From positions 1 to 64,000 of the forward strand of contig JASFLY010000014.1 in NCBI GenBank assembly GCA_050117845.1: a stretch of 64,000 bases of DNA, read 5' to 3'. Position 1 is the stretch's first letter. Each line of letters begins with the position of its first letter. This DNA comes from Candidatus Zixiibacteriota bacterium (GTDB taxonomy: Bacteria > RBG-13-66-14 > B26-G2 > WVWN01). Positions 8,343 through 17,853 of this stretch are shown one piece after another. The notes under the pieces are model-generated. The model worked only from the letters and a program-made list of their open reading frames with translations. It did no database searches and was not told the origin of the DNA. The position numbers and the translations under genes are program-made.

Positions 8343-9761
8343 ATGGTCCCTTTAATAATAAGTCTGGCCGCTGGCGTCGCCGGCGGCATCTGTTTCATCC
8401 TGGCGTCTCCCTCCTACGGCGTGTGGTGGCTCGGCCTCCTGGCCCTCCTGCCCGTCTACTACGTACGCCTCCGCTGGCGGGGCGCCGCCGCGGCCGTCGG
8501 GCCCGCCGTCTTCGCGCTCGCTTTCGCCTTCCATAACGGCAAGTGGTACTTCACCGCCGTGGCCGACGCCCGTATACTGGCGGTCCTGACCTGCCTCGGC
8601 TACGCGCTCCTTTACTTCGCCGTCGTCGAGGTGGCGGCGTGGGCGGGGCGCCGCAGGCCCGCGCTCGCCCCTCTGGCCCTCCCGGTCCTCTGGGTCGGCG
8701 TCGACCTTATCCGCACGACTATCCCCGGCGTTCGGCACGCCTGGTTTCCCCTCTTCGCTCATACCCAGGTGAACAACGTCGCGCTCTTGCAAATAGCGTC
8801 CTGGGGCGGCGTGCACGCCGTGACGTTCGTGACGTTGGGAATAGCCGCCGCCGCGGCCCACTGGTTGACGCGGCCTCTCAACCCCTTCCGGGCGGCGTGG
8901 GCCGGCCTCCTCGTCGCGGCGTACGGGGCGATATGGTGGAACGGCGCCGACGTGGCGGCGGTCGCCGACGCCGGCCCGCCCTTCGGCGTGGCCTGCATCC
9001 AGAACGGCCCGGCGTACGAGGTGGCCGATTACGATTACCTCGGCGAGTACGAACGCTGGACCGACGAGGCGCTGGCGTCGTCGCCCACGAGGCCCGCGGT
9101 GGCCGTCTGGCCCGAGTCGTTTTTCACGGCCTACGACAACTCGGAGGTCCGGGACGCCGTCGCGTCCTACGCGGCGAGCCGCGACGTCTTCATCGTATAC
9201 CAGTGCTACGAGAAGGCCGCCGGCGGCAACTACAACGCCGCGGTGCTGGTCGCGCCCTCGCCCGGCGAGGTCCTCAAGTGGCGCAAGCGCCACCCGGCCC
9301 CGGGCGAACGCAGCCTCGCCCCCGGCCCCGGGGAACCGTACGGCGTGTACGCCGCGCCGTGGGGCGCGACGGGCCTCCTCGTCTGCTACGACGACCACTT
9401 CCCGAACGAGGCGCGGCGGCTCGCGGCGGCCGGGGCCCGCGTCATCCTTGTACCCTCCAACGACCACGGCTACGGCGACGACTACTTCTACCGCGTCCAC
9501 ATGAACGAGGCCATATTCCGGGCGGCGGAGAACCGCTGCGCCGTGGCGGTCGCCGGCTACGACGGCTTCTCGGTCATAACGAACGGCGCGGGGCGCGTCC
9601 TCGGCCGTAGGGAGGACCACGACGCCGGTTTCGTCACGGCCGTCGCTGCGGCGGGGCGGGGCGGCGCCTTCTACACGCGGCACCCCCGCGTCTTCAGTTG
9701 GCTCCTGGGGCTCGCGGCCGCGGTGGTCCTGTTGGGAGGCGCGACCGGCCGGCGGGATTAG
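8343..9761 (+). CDS. lnt: Apolipoprotein N-acyltransferase-like protein (membrane domain plus nitrilase domain)
   Basis: Multiple TM helices, LLQIASWGGVH, VWPES, YNAAVLV, WRKRH, LVCYDDHFP, RAAEN; nitrilase E-K-C triad. Confidence 0.78.
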   Translation: MVPLIISLAAGVAGGICFILASPSYGVWWLGLLALLPVYYVRLRWRGAAAAVGPAVFALAFAFHNGKWYFTAVADARILAVLTCLGYALLYFAVVEVAAWAGRRRPALAPLALPVLWVGVDLIRTTIPGVRHAWFPLFAHTQVNNVALLQIASWGGVHAVTFVTLGIAAAAAHWLTRPLNPFRAAWAGLLVAAYGAIWWNGADVAAVADAGPPFGVACIQNGPAYEVADYDYLGEYERWTDEALASSPTRPAVAVWPESFFTAYDNSEVRDAVASYAASRDVFIVYQCYEKAAGGNYNAAVLVAPSPGEVLKWRKRHPAPGERSLAPGPGEPYGVYAAPWGATGLLVCYDDHFPNEARRLAAAGARVILVPSNDHGYGDDYFYRVHMNEAIFRAAENRCAVAVAGYDGFSVITNGAGRVLGRREDHDAGFVTAVAAAGRGGAFYTRHPRVFSWLLGLAAAVVLLGGATGRRD

Positions 9762-9817
9762 GGCGTTGCTCGCGTCCCGGTCGGGTGCTATAATTAGAGT
9801 AACAAAGGAGGGTTGAG

Positions 9818-10768
9818 ATGGGAGCATATAGGATAGGACGCTGGGGCGTGTGGCTCGCGGCGCTGGCCGCGCTCTTCGCGCTCAGCTGCGAGGAGGAAGG
9901 CGCCGGCGTCGAATACCAGCCTCCCGCTTACGCCGGCCTGTGGGGCGGCGAGGGGAGCGGCAACGGCCGGTTCAACAACCCCCGCGACGTGGACGTGGCT
10001 CCGAACGGCAACGTCTACGTGGCCGACACCGACAACCACCGCGTGCAGTACTTCACGCCCTCCGGGTCTTTCCTCGGGAAATGGGGCGGCTACGGCTTCG
10101 GGCAGGGCGAGTTCGCCGAACCGGTCGGCATCGCCGTCAGCGCCCACGGCTACGTTTACGTGACCGACGCCGGTTCGTCCCGGGTGCAATGCTTTACGTC
10201 GGAAGGCGATTACTGCTGGGAGTGGGGCGAGTACGGCGCCGAACCCGGCCAGTTCAAGGTCCCCGCCGGCATCGACGTCGGCCCGAACGACCACGTCTAC
10301 GTGGCCGACAGCGGCAACCACCGCGTCCAGGTCTTCACGCCCATCGGCATATACTACGACAACCGCGGCGGCGAGGAGCCGAGCGACGAGAAGGGTTATT
10401 TCAACACGCCGATGGACGTGGCCTTCGCCGGCACCGGCCGGGTGTACGTGGCCGACTGCTACAACCACCGCATCCAGGCCTTCTCGACGGACTTCGACCG
10501 GTGCCTCGTGATGTGGGGCAGCGAGGGGACCGGCGACCGGCAGTTCGAGTACCCTCGGGCCGTGCTGACGCCGCCGGACGGCAACGTCTACGTGGCGGAG
10601 AGTTACCAAATCAAGGTTTACACGCAGGGCGGCGTCTTCAACGGGAAGTGGGGTGAGCGGGGTTCCGGGCCGGGGCAGTTCAACCGGATACGGGGCCTGG
10701 CCGCCGGGGCCGACGGGGCCATATACGTCGCCGACTCCGCCAACCACCGGATACAGTATTTCCGCTAG
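9818..10768 (+). CDS. NHL-repeat beta-propeller lipoprotein (paralog of 5811..6785)
   Basis: AAGGAGG SD, ALSC lipobox, NHL repeats; shares APNGNVYVAD..N.RVQYFTPSGSFLG with 5811. Confidence 0.88.
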   Translation: MGAYRIGRWGVWLAALAALFALSCEEEGAGVEYQPPAYAGLWGGEGSGNGRFNNPRDVDVAPNGNVYVADTDNHRVQYFTPSGSFLGKWGGYGFGQGEFAEPVGIAVSAHGYVYVTDAGSSRVQCFTSEGDYCWEWGEYGAEPGQFKVPAGIDVGPNDHVYVADSGNHRVQVFTPIGIYYDNRGGEEPSDEKGYFNTPMDVAFAGTGRVYVADCYNHRIQAFSTDFDRCLVMWGSEGTGDRQFEYPRAVLTPPDGNVYVAESYQIKVYTQGGVFNGKWGERGSGPGQFNRIRGLAAGADGAIYVADSANHRIQYFR

Positions 10769-10797
10769 CTGATAAGCGCACGATACGATGTTAACGC

Positions 10798-10830
10798 AAA
10801 AACGCGCCCGCGAGGGCGCGTTTTGGTTTT
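10798..10830 (+). terminator. Intrinsic terminator
   Basis: AAAAACGCGCCC-GCGA-GGGCGCGTTTT. Confidence 0.8.
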
Positions 10831-11147
10831 ACGGGGGATTTAAAGTCTATTATCGTTAGTTTTAATAAGTCCGGGGGTTGCAACCTATTAAAGGGCAACT
10901 GCTTTTCGTTTGGGGTATTTACGGCTATGGTTTATTACCGGTCGGTTTAGATGGCTAACAAATACGCGGGGAATTTTAAACAAATTTGACCCAACGAGAT
11001 GCGGCCAATAAGACAAACTCAAGTAGTATTTAATATTATAGTTCCTTAATTCTTTATCTCCCGGATATGGTAAAATAAACCACAAAACTACCTGTTATTA
11101 ACCCGAAAGGATTGTCGGGCGGTTAGTTGCTAATCGTTGAGGTTACT

Positions 11148-14100
11148 ATGAAATACGAGCGGCCGGAAAACGAACACGATTTCGAAGAATTTTGCCTTGT
11201 ACTTTTTCGAGATGTGTGTGAATTACCGCAACTCGAAAGATACGGGCACCGGGGCGAAGCCCAATACGGCATTGACCTTATCGACGAAAGTGGGAAAACC
11301 CCCTTAGTAGTATTCCAATGTAAATACCGTGAGCCATATAAATCCTTTCCGCCCCGGGAACTTAAGGCCGAAGTGGAAAAGGCACGAAGATTCCACGACA
11401 AAATAAGGAATATCGATAAATATGTGGTTCTTACCACTGGCAAGATATCCAATCAGACGCAGAATACATTACTTGAGTTAAATGCCGCGCATATAGCGGA
11501 GGGTTTGTTTAATATTAGGATACTAACGTGGGACCGATTAGAGAAGTTAATAGATAGAAGTCGCGATGCGAGGGAATACCTTGGGTACCCACCTGACAAA
11601 GTCCCTTCCCGCACCGCTCGGGAAGAGGTTCTACCACTTGAAGATATCGTACGTGACCTAGCCGATGATAAAAGACAGACTAGGCTAGACGAAGTAAAGG
11701 CCGTACTCGACCAAGGGAATCCACGTGAAGCTCTAATGCTCGTTCAAAGACTTCGAGCCCGTTTATGGACCGGGTTCGAACCTGTGGAAAAAGCACGGTT
11801 ACTTACGCTACAAGCGGCATCGCTTTTACGTATCGGGGATCATAAAGAAGCGGCCAAGCTTTTCATTGAAGCCCGCGGTTACAACCCTGATGACGAAAGG
11901 GCTATGACCAACGAAGCCGTGGGGCGACACATTTTAGGCGAAACGGAGAGAGCGAGCGCGATAGCTGAAGAAGCTCGGTCACGGTTTCCTAACTCCGTGT
12001 CGGCGTACGCAGCTTGTATTGAGTTCGCGGTTTCGACCGGCCAGGCGGAGGCACTCATACAATCGTTGCCGACAGAGATGCACGATAACCTTGATATTCT
12101 AATTGCGATCGCGACACGGCATGATTTGGGGGAGTTAGGCCAAGACTCAGCGCGCCGCGGAACCGAAGTCGATCCTAATGATTATAGGGCTTGGTTCTTA
12201 CTCGCTAACATTCTACTGGACGAAGAGTATCGTAAAGTAAACCCGTTCTCGTCGGGAATAGTAGAAAGGCCGTCAACGACTAAGTTAAGCGAGGCTTACG
12301 ACGCGTATTCTAAGGTGATTGAGCTTTCGGAAGTAATCGGCCACGACCGACTAAAAGTGCTAGCTTTATTACGCCGGGTTATGACTTCTAATTTGCTTAA
12401 AGACGAACGACTCGCGAGAGAAGATATTGAACTTGCCTACCGTCTTGCACCCGACGACCCAGAAGTCCTAATAATCTTCGCCCGTATAGCCGGGAAACGT
12501 GGGGACCATGAAACCGCGGTGGAAACCCTCCGACGTGCATTATTAATAAACCCGAACGAAGAAGTGAGGTTCTCTTTAGCGATTAGCTTATGGCACAGGA
12601 ACGGTCCCGGTGACCGCGAGGAAGCTACGGGAATAATGACCGAGATTGCGGAAGATACGGGCCCTCACAGCGAAGCTGCTTTGGGTTATTCCGTTGATGG
12701 ACTACTTTTTTTAGGCAAGTCCGAGGAAGCGTCCGACCTAATAAAACGTTTCGAGGCTACGGTTGATCCCGTACTTATCAACACTCTTCGTGCTAGGGTC
12801 GCCATATCCCACGACGAAGAGACTGAAGCCTTAACATCCGTTAGCAAAGGATCCAAAGCCGTCACTGAATCAACGTCTCGCGACACGGTAAAAAACCTTG
12901 CGGTATTATTAATTACCTTAAATCGTTACGAAGACGCGTTCGTGCTTCTTGAGTGTATTGCTAATCCTGGCATTGATGAGGAAACAGATTACCATATCGT
13001 AACGTGTGCCAATCGTCTTAAACGAGATAAGTACGTACTCGATTATTGCGAGCGCGCCCGGGAGCGTGGAGTCTACAACGATTACCTACTAGGACAAGAG
13101 CTGCAGTTACTAAGCCGATACGATCAGGAAAAAGCAATCTCGATATTATCCCACATGCTTTCGCGAAATCCAGAGGATCATAGGGCTAGGGTAAATTTAG
13201 TCACGTTAGCACTCCAGTACGGAAAAAGGGAATTAGCGGAAAAACACGTTCCGTTACTCCCCAAGGTGACAGAGGTCGACGCTCAAGAAGGAGCCGCGGT
13301 TGTTTCAATCTTGCGGGAATTTGACGAAGGCCATCGAGCTATATACTATGCCTATGATTTACTCCGGCGGTTTTTTCCCGATCACCACGCACACCGCGCA
13401 TTTTGGGGCGCCATGATATTTCGAGGGAGTGAAGGCGAGTTTCTAGCAGCCCCCGATGTCATAGTGCCCGGCGTGGCAGTATGTCTTACTGAGGAAGGGA
13501 CAAACGAATCTCGGTGGAGTGTCCTGGAGGATTCGGTAGTAGAAGCGTCTGGTGTCGAGTACGAAATAAAAGCCGATTCGCCTTTGGCAAAAATACTCCT
13601 CGGGAAACGAGTAGGCGATAAAGTAGCTTTGTCGGAAGAACCCGGTGTTCCCAGGACGACAATAGTTAAAAAGGTTTTATCTAAATACGTATTCCGATTT
13701 AGGGACGTTTTAGACCAGTGGCAATATCGCTTCCCAGACCATACTGAACTTTGGGCAGTGCGCGTAAGGGGAGAGGACGGGGCTCCCGACTTAGACGGAA
13801 TCCGCCAAATCCTTCAACGTCAACGTGAACGCCAAGATGCAGTGGAGGAATTATATAGAGAGAAGTTAGTCCCCGTCGGAGCATTTGCTGAATTACTAGG
13901 GACTAATGAGGTCCGAGCCACAGGGCACGTTGCTAATACCGAAGGTTTACAGCTAAAGTGCTGCGGCGGTTCGAAAGAGGAACTCGGCGACGCGCTAACC
14001 GCGTTCGGTAATGCCTCAGAGGTAGTCGTAGAGCTTTCGGCGTTAACAACGCTTTGTATGCTCAATGAAATATGCCGTTTTGAGACGCTTGAGAAAAAAT

Positions 14101-14945
14101 TCCTTATTTCCCAATCGAGTATGGCCGTTATTCAAACTTTTATAAAAGGTGCAAGGCCTAATCCACGGCATGTCGGGAGGCTTGGTTCTACGAGTGAAGG
14201 TTCGTTATTGTTTCTACCGAATGAAGAAAGCGATAAAGAGAAGATCGAATTTCTCGACGGAGTCCAACGGTTTCTACAGGACCGGTTCACGACAATTAGC
14301 GCCCCAGAGTTAGCCGGTATGGACGCTGATGAACGCGAGCAATTCGAGGAGGTTATAGGGATTGCAGCACTCGAAAGTGTCGCTATCGCGAGCTACTCAA
14401 ACCGTATTCTTTGGACCGATGACGGAGTGCTTACCCGCTTGGCGCGAGACCGCTTCGTATTCCAACGTATTTGGACGCAAGCCGGGTTTCGTTGGATGCT
14501 TGACGAGAGGTATATTGACGACGACGTTTTCGCACGGGTCTGCGCTAAGCTGATAGGCTGGGATTATATGTTCACTGGGGCGAACCGGATTATTTGTCGC
14601 GCTGCCGGTGAACTGGCGGATTGGGAGCCGGAAGTTTACCCCTTGAAGCAGACCATAGCGTACCTCGGTTTGCCGGAACTTAGTATTGAGTACGCAATAC
14701 AATTAGGTGTATTATTAGGATCGGATGCTTATACTGGCGCTACATTACCGACCACGCGCCGCATGATCTTACTAAACGTATTGGGTACGATAGCACGCCG
14801 CCCAGATTGCACTGACCGTAACCTTAGTAGTTTCGGTCGACTCCTCCCGCGTTATTTCGGATTAAACGTAATAGGACAGGAAGACGCGGTTAAAACGTTC
14901 GAGGCGTGGCGGAGAACAGGAGGACAGGGATTAATACGTCCGTAA
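11148..14945 (+). CDS. Putative anti-phage protein: PD-(D/E)xK nuclease + TPR + GreA/GreB C-terminal-like + PIN domain
   Basis: FEEFCL..YGHRGEAQYGIDL..VFQCK nuclease; long TPR region; SPLAKILLGKRVGDKV GreA/B-C motif; VVELSAL and LWTDD PIN motifs; visibly lower GC; ATG 11148 follows GAGGT. Confidence 0.8.
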   Translation: MKYERPENEHDFEEFCLVLFRDVCELPQLERYGHRGEAQYGIDLIDESGKTPLVVFQCKYREPYKSFPPRELKAEVEKARRFHDKIRNIDKYVVLTTGKISNQTQNTLLELNAAHIAEGLFNIRILTWDRLEKLIDRSRDAREYLGYPPDKVPSRTAREEVLPLEDIVRDLADDKRQTRLDEVKAVLDQGNPREALMLVQRLRARLWTGFEPVEKARLLTLQAASLLRIGDHKEAAKLFIEARGYNPDDERAMTNEAVGRHILGETERASAIAEEARSRFPNSVSAYAACIEFAVSTGQAEALIQSLPTEMHDNLDILIAIATRHDLGELGQDSARRGTEVDPNDYRAWFLLANILLDEEYRKVNPFSSGIVERPSTTKLSEAYDAYSKVIELSEVIGHDRLKVLALLRRVMTSNLLKDERLAREDIELAYRLAPDDPEVLIIFARIAGKRGDHETAVETLRRALLINPNEEVRFSLAISLWHRNGPGDREEATGIMTEIAEDTGPHSEAALGYSVDGLLFLGKSEEASDLIKRFEATVDPVLINTLRARVAISHDEETEALTSVSKGSKAVTESTSRDTVKNLAVLLITLNRYEDAFVLLECIANPGIDEETDYHIVTCANRLKRDKYVLDYCERARERGVYNDYLLGQELQLLSRYDQEKAISILSHMLSRNPEDHRARVNLVTLALQYGKRELAEKHVPLLPKVTEVDAQEGAAVVSILREFDEGHRAIYYAYDLLRRFFPDHHAHRAFWGAMIFRGSEGEFLAAPDVIVPGVAVCLTEEGTNESRWSVLEDSVVEASGVEYEIKADSPLAKILLGKRVGDKVALSEEPGVPRTTIVKKVLSKYVFRFRDVLDQWQYRFPDHTELWAVRVRGEDGAPDLDGIRQILQRQRERQDAVEELYREKLVPVGAFAELLGTNEVRATGHVANTEGLQLKCCGGSKEELGDALTAFGNASEVVVELSALTTLCMLNEICRFETLEKKFLISQSSMAVIQTFIKGARPNPRHVGRLGSTSEGSLLFLPNEESDKEKIEFLDGVQRFLQDRFTTISAPELAGMDADEREQFEEVIGIAALESVAIASYSNRILWTDDGVLTRLARDRFVFQRIWTQAGFRWMLDERYIDDDVFARVCAKLIGWDYMFTGANRIICRAAGELADWEPEVYPLKQTIAYLGLPELSIEYAIQLGVLLGSDAYTGATLPTTRRMILLNVLGTIARRPDCTDRNLSSFGRLLPRYFGLNVIGQEDAVKTFEAWRRTGGQGLIRP

Positions 14946-14983
14946 CCTAATAATCGAAATGTTTAATTGTAATAAGGCGACGC

Positions 14984-15007
14984 GCCGACCTGAAGGTCGG
15001 CCCCTAC
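14984..15007 (-). repeat. REP-like palindrome
   Basis: Minus strand GTAG-GGGCCGACC-TTCA-GGTCGGC; 23/24 identical to 27187..27210. Confidence 0.7.
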
Positions 15008-15062
15008 TTTTTATCCCCTTACTCCCGCGAAGTGCCCCCCCCGCCCCCCGCCTTATTCCACC

Positions 15063-15091
15063 TTGACACCCGGCCGGGGCCGTGTTATATA
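15063..15091 (+). promoter_or_regulatory. sigma70 promoter of amtB
   Basis: TTGACA, 17 bp, TG-n-TATATA. Confidence 0.7.
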
Positions 15092-15097
15092 GGCCCT

Positions 15098-15407
15098 AGC
15101 TCCTTTAATCTCCGCGCGGAGACGCCGCTCCCCGGGACCATCCCATTAGTCCCACGGCCTCGAAGCGTGCGGATTCGTTCAGCCGACGACCTTGGCTTTA
15201 CAAAGGTCGACCCCAACAGACGCGAGACCCCGGTTGCCGACGGGCAATCCGGGAAGAGATGTGCCTCCATTCGACGGAGGCGGTGGCGTGTCGCCGCCGC
15301 GTTCCGGGGAAGGGGGCCGCGCTCGCCCCCGACGCCGGGCGACCCGTTTCGGCGCGCGCCGGCCCGGCGGGGCACCTTAACGTTCTTTATATTAAAGGAG
15401 TCCTTCC
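15098..15407 (+). ncRNA. Long structured 5' leader of amtB, candidate cis-regulatory RNA
   Basis: About 310 nt between promoter and ATG with consecutive hairpins; no confident family match. Confidence 0.4.
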
Positions 15408-16625
15408 ATGTTCGACACCGGGAATACCGGGTTCATGTTAATCGCGACCAGCCTCGTTATGCTGATGACGCCGGGGCTGGCCTTCTTCTACGGCGGCCTC
15501 GTCGGCCGGAAGAACGTCCTCGCTATAATGATCCAGTCCTTCGTCTCGATGGCCTTCACGACCTTCCTGTGGTGGGCCGTGGGCTATTCGTTGTGCTTCT
15601 CGGGGGGAGAGGGCGGCATTATCGGCAACCTGGACCACGCCTTCCTGCGCGGCATCGACACCTCGATGGCCTTCAGCGGCTCGGCCTCCATCCCGCTCTT
15701 CGTCTTCGTCGCGTATCAGATGATGTTCGCCATCATCACGCCGGCCCTCATCACGGGCGCATTCACCAACCGCATCCGCTTCGGCCCCTATCTCATTTTC
15801 CTCACCCTCTGGATGCTCTTCGTCTACTTCCCGTTCGCGCACATGGTGTGGGGCGGCGGCCTTCTGTTCGAGTGGGGCGTCCGGGACTTCGCCGGGGGCA
15901 TTGTCGTGCACGCCATCGCCGGCTTCTCGGCGCTGGCCTCAGTCTTCTTCGTGGGCCGACGAAGGGTGGCCGAGCGCGGGCCGCACAGCATCCCGCTGGT
16001 CGCTCTCGGCACGGGGCTGTTGTGGTTCGGGTGGTACGGCTTCAACGCCGGCTCGGAACTGCGGGTGGACGCGGTGACGGCGCAGGCCTTCATCAACACC
16101 GACATCGCCGCCTCGTTCGCGGCCTTCACATGGCTTCTGGTCGCCTGGATCTTCGAGAAGAAACCCAAGTTCCTGGGCCTGTTGACCGGAGCCATCGCGG
16201 GCCTCGCGGCCGTGACGCCCGCGGCCGGATACATCACCATTAACGGCGCGGTCGCCATCGGCATCGGCGCGGGGTTGGTGTGCTACCTCGCCATCGCGTT
16301 GAAGAACAAGTTGAAGTGGGACGACGCGCTGGACGTGTGGGGGGTGCACGGCATCGGCGGGTGCCTTGGGACGATTATGCTCGGCGTCCTGGCGACCACG
16401 GCGGTGAACGAGGCCGGCGTCGACGGCCTCCTGGCCGGCGGGGGCGCGAGCTTCCTCGTCAAGCAGACCGTCGCCGTCGTCGCGGGATCGGCCTACGCCT
16501 TCCTCTTCACCCTCGCCGCGCTCTTCCTCATAAACCTGATCTCGAAGGTTCGGACGACCCAGGAGCAGGAGGAGAACGGCATGGATAAATCGCTCCACGG
16601 CGAGGACGCCTACGAGACGATATAA
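15408..16625 (+). CDS. amtB: Ammonium transporter
   Basis: LMTPGLAFFYGG, YQMMFAIITPALITG, DFAGGIVVH, LLWFGWYGFNAGS, DDALDVWGVHG. Confidence 0.97.
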   Translation: MFDTGNTGFMLIATSLVMLMTPGLAFFYGGLVGRKNVLAIMIQSFVSMAFTTFLWWAVGYSLCFSGGEGGIIGNLDHAFLRGIDTSMAFSGSASIPLFVFVAYQMMFAIITPALITGAFTNRIRFGPYLIFLTLWMLFVYFPFAHMVWGGGLLFEWGVRDFAGGIVVHAIAGFSALASVFFVGRRRVAERGPHSIPLVALGTGLLWFGWYGFNAGSELRVDAVTAQAFINTDIAASFAAFTWLLVAWIFEKKPKFLGLLTGAIAGLAAVTPAAGYITINGAVAIGIGAGLVCYLAIALKNKLKWDDALDVWGVHGIGGCLGTIMLGVLATTAVNEAGVDGLLAGGGASFLVKQTVAVVAGSAYAFLFTLAALFLINLISKVRTTQEQEENGMDKSLHGEDAYETI

Positions 16626-16794
16626 ACCGGGGAGCTTTATAACCCGCGTTAACGAGCGCCCCGCCCCCCCGGCGGGGCGTTCGACGGCGGGTGAAGCGGC
16701 GCGCGGTTCCCGTTCCACGGGTCCGGGTTTTATGTTACCCTACGGCGCGAGTGGCGCGGCGCTTCCCGCATACGAAACACGGAGGTTTTCCCGA

Positions 16795-17616
16795 ATGTAT
16801 AACCCGGCCCCCGAACTCCAGCTCGACATGACCCTCGTCGTCCCCGTGCTCCGGCGCTTCATCAAGCGCGAGGTGGCCAAGGCCGGCCTGAGCGGCATCA
16901 TCGCCGGCGTCTCCGGCGGCGTCGACTCGGCGTGCGTGGTGGGCCTCGCGGCCGGCGCCGTCGGCCCCGAGAACGTCACCGGGATGTGGCTGCCCTACCA
17001 CGACGATAGCGACGCGGTCTACGCCCGGGCGGTGGCCGAACGCTTCGGCATCAAATTCAGCGAGTTCTCCATCGCGCCCATGGCGGACGCCTACCTCGCC
17101 CAGGTGGGGGAGGTGGACGACATGCGCCGGGGGAACCTCTGCGCGCGCGCCCGCATGATCGCCCTCTTCGACCACTCCCGCGCCCGCAACGCGCTGGTCT
17201 GCGGCACCGGCAACAAGACGGAATTCCTCCTGGGTTACTTCACCATCTTCGGCGACGGCGCTTGCTCTCTCGCCCCCGTCGCCGACCTGTACAAGGGGCA
17301 GGTCTACCAGTTGGCCGCGCACCTCGGCGTCCCGCGGGACATAATCGAGCGCGCCCCCACGGCGGGCCTCTGGCCCGGCCAGACCGACGAGGAGGAGCTG
17401 GGCCTCTCCTACGAGGAGGTGGACCGCTACCTTTACTACCTGGTGGAGAAGGGCGAGACGCCGGAGCAGTTGAAGGCGCGGGGATTCGAGGGGCCGTTCC
17501 AGCGGCGCGTCGTGGGCCACATCAACCGCAACCTCTTCAAGCGCAAGCTGCCGGTCCTCGCCCGCGTCTCGGGCAAGATGGTGACCAAGCCCATCGAGCT
17601 GCCGGAGGGGTTGTAG
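16795..17616 (+). CDS. nadE: NH3-dependent NAD+ synthetase
   Basis: GVSGGVDSA, GNLCARARM, GTGNKTE..GYFTIFGDG, APTAGLWPGQTDEEELG; no glutaminase domain; GGAGG SD before ATG 16795. Confidence 0.95.
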   Translation: MYNPAPELQLDMTLVVPVLRRFIKREVAKAGLSGIIAGVSGGVDSACVVGLAAGAVGPENVTGMWLPYHDDSDAVYARAVAERFGIKFSEFSIAPMADAYLAQVGEVDDMRRGNLCARARMIALFDHSRARNALVCGTGNKTEFLLGYFTIFGDGACSLAPVADLYKGQVYQLAAHLGVPRDIIERAPTAGLWPGQTDEEELGLSYEEVDRYLYYLVEKGETPEQLKARGFEGPFQRRVVGHINRNLFKRKLPVLARVSGKMVTKPIELPEGL

Positions 17617-17645
17617 GGGACTGATCCGATATTACGTTGAAAGAT

Positions 17646-17671
17646 AACGCGCCCGCGAGGGCGCGTTTTTT
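17646..17671 (+). terminator. Intrinsic terminator, hairpin identical to 10801..10824
   Basis: AACGCGCCC-GCGA-GGGCGCGTTTTTT. Confidence 0.8.
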
Positions 17672-17724
17672 ACATACCGCCTCCGTGGTGGTGGGGGCGT
17701 AAGGGCGGAACGCGTTGCGCGCGC

Positions 17725-17754
17725 CTACCGGAACAACGCCTTCACGCGGCCGTA
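17725..17754 (-). pseudogene. Orphan 3' gene end encoding YGRVKALFR-stop
   Basis: Minus strand TAC GGC CGC GTG AAG GCG TTG TTC CGG TAG; the frame is closed upstream by TAG at 17781-17779 and has no start. Confidence 0.7.
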
Positions 17755-17782
17755 GTAGGGGCGACTGGCCGGTCGCCCCTAC
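17755..17782. repeat. REP-like palindrome with GTAG at both ends
   Basis: GTAGGGGCGACTGGCCGGTCGCCCCTAC. Confidence 0.72.
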
Positions 17783-17853
17783 GGCTCTATACCCCATAAA
17801 AAAACCGCCCCTACGGGGCGGCTTGTTTGCAATATAATCGTGTCGGGATGGGT

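Noticed and set aside
10888..11085. 65-aa minus-strand ORF upstream of the defence gene (possible antitoxin)
   Set aside because: No SD or recognisable motif; likely chance ORF in AT-rich DNA
10801..17669. Identical 24-bp hairpins at 10801 and 17646 as direct repeats flanking a mobile segment
   Set aside because: Both sit at gene ends as ordinary terminators, the enclosed region includes housekeeping nadE, and there is no recombinase
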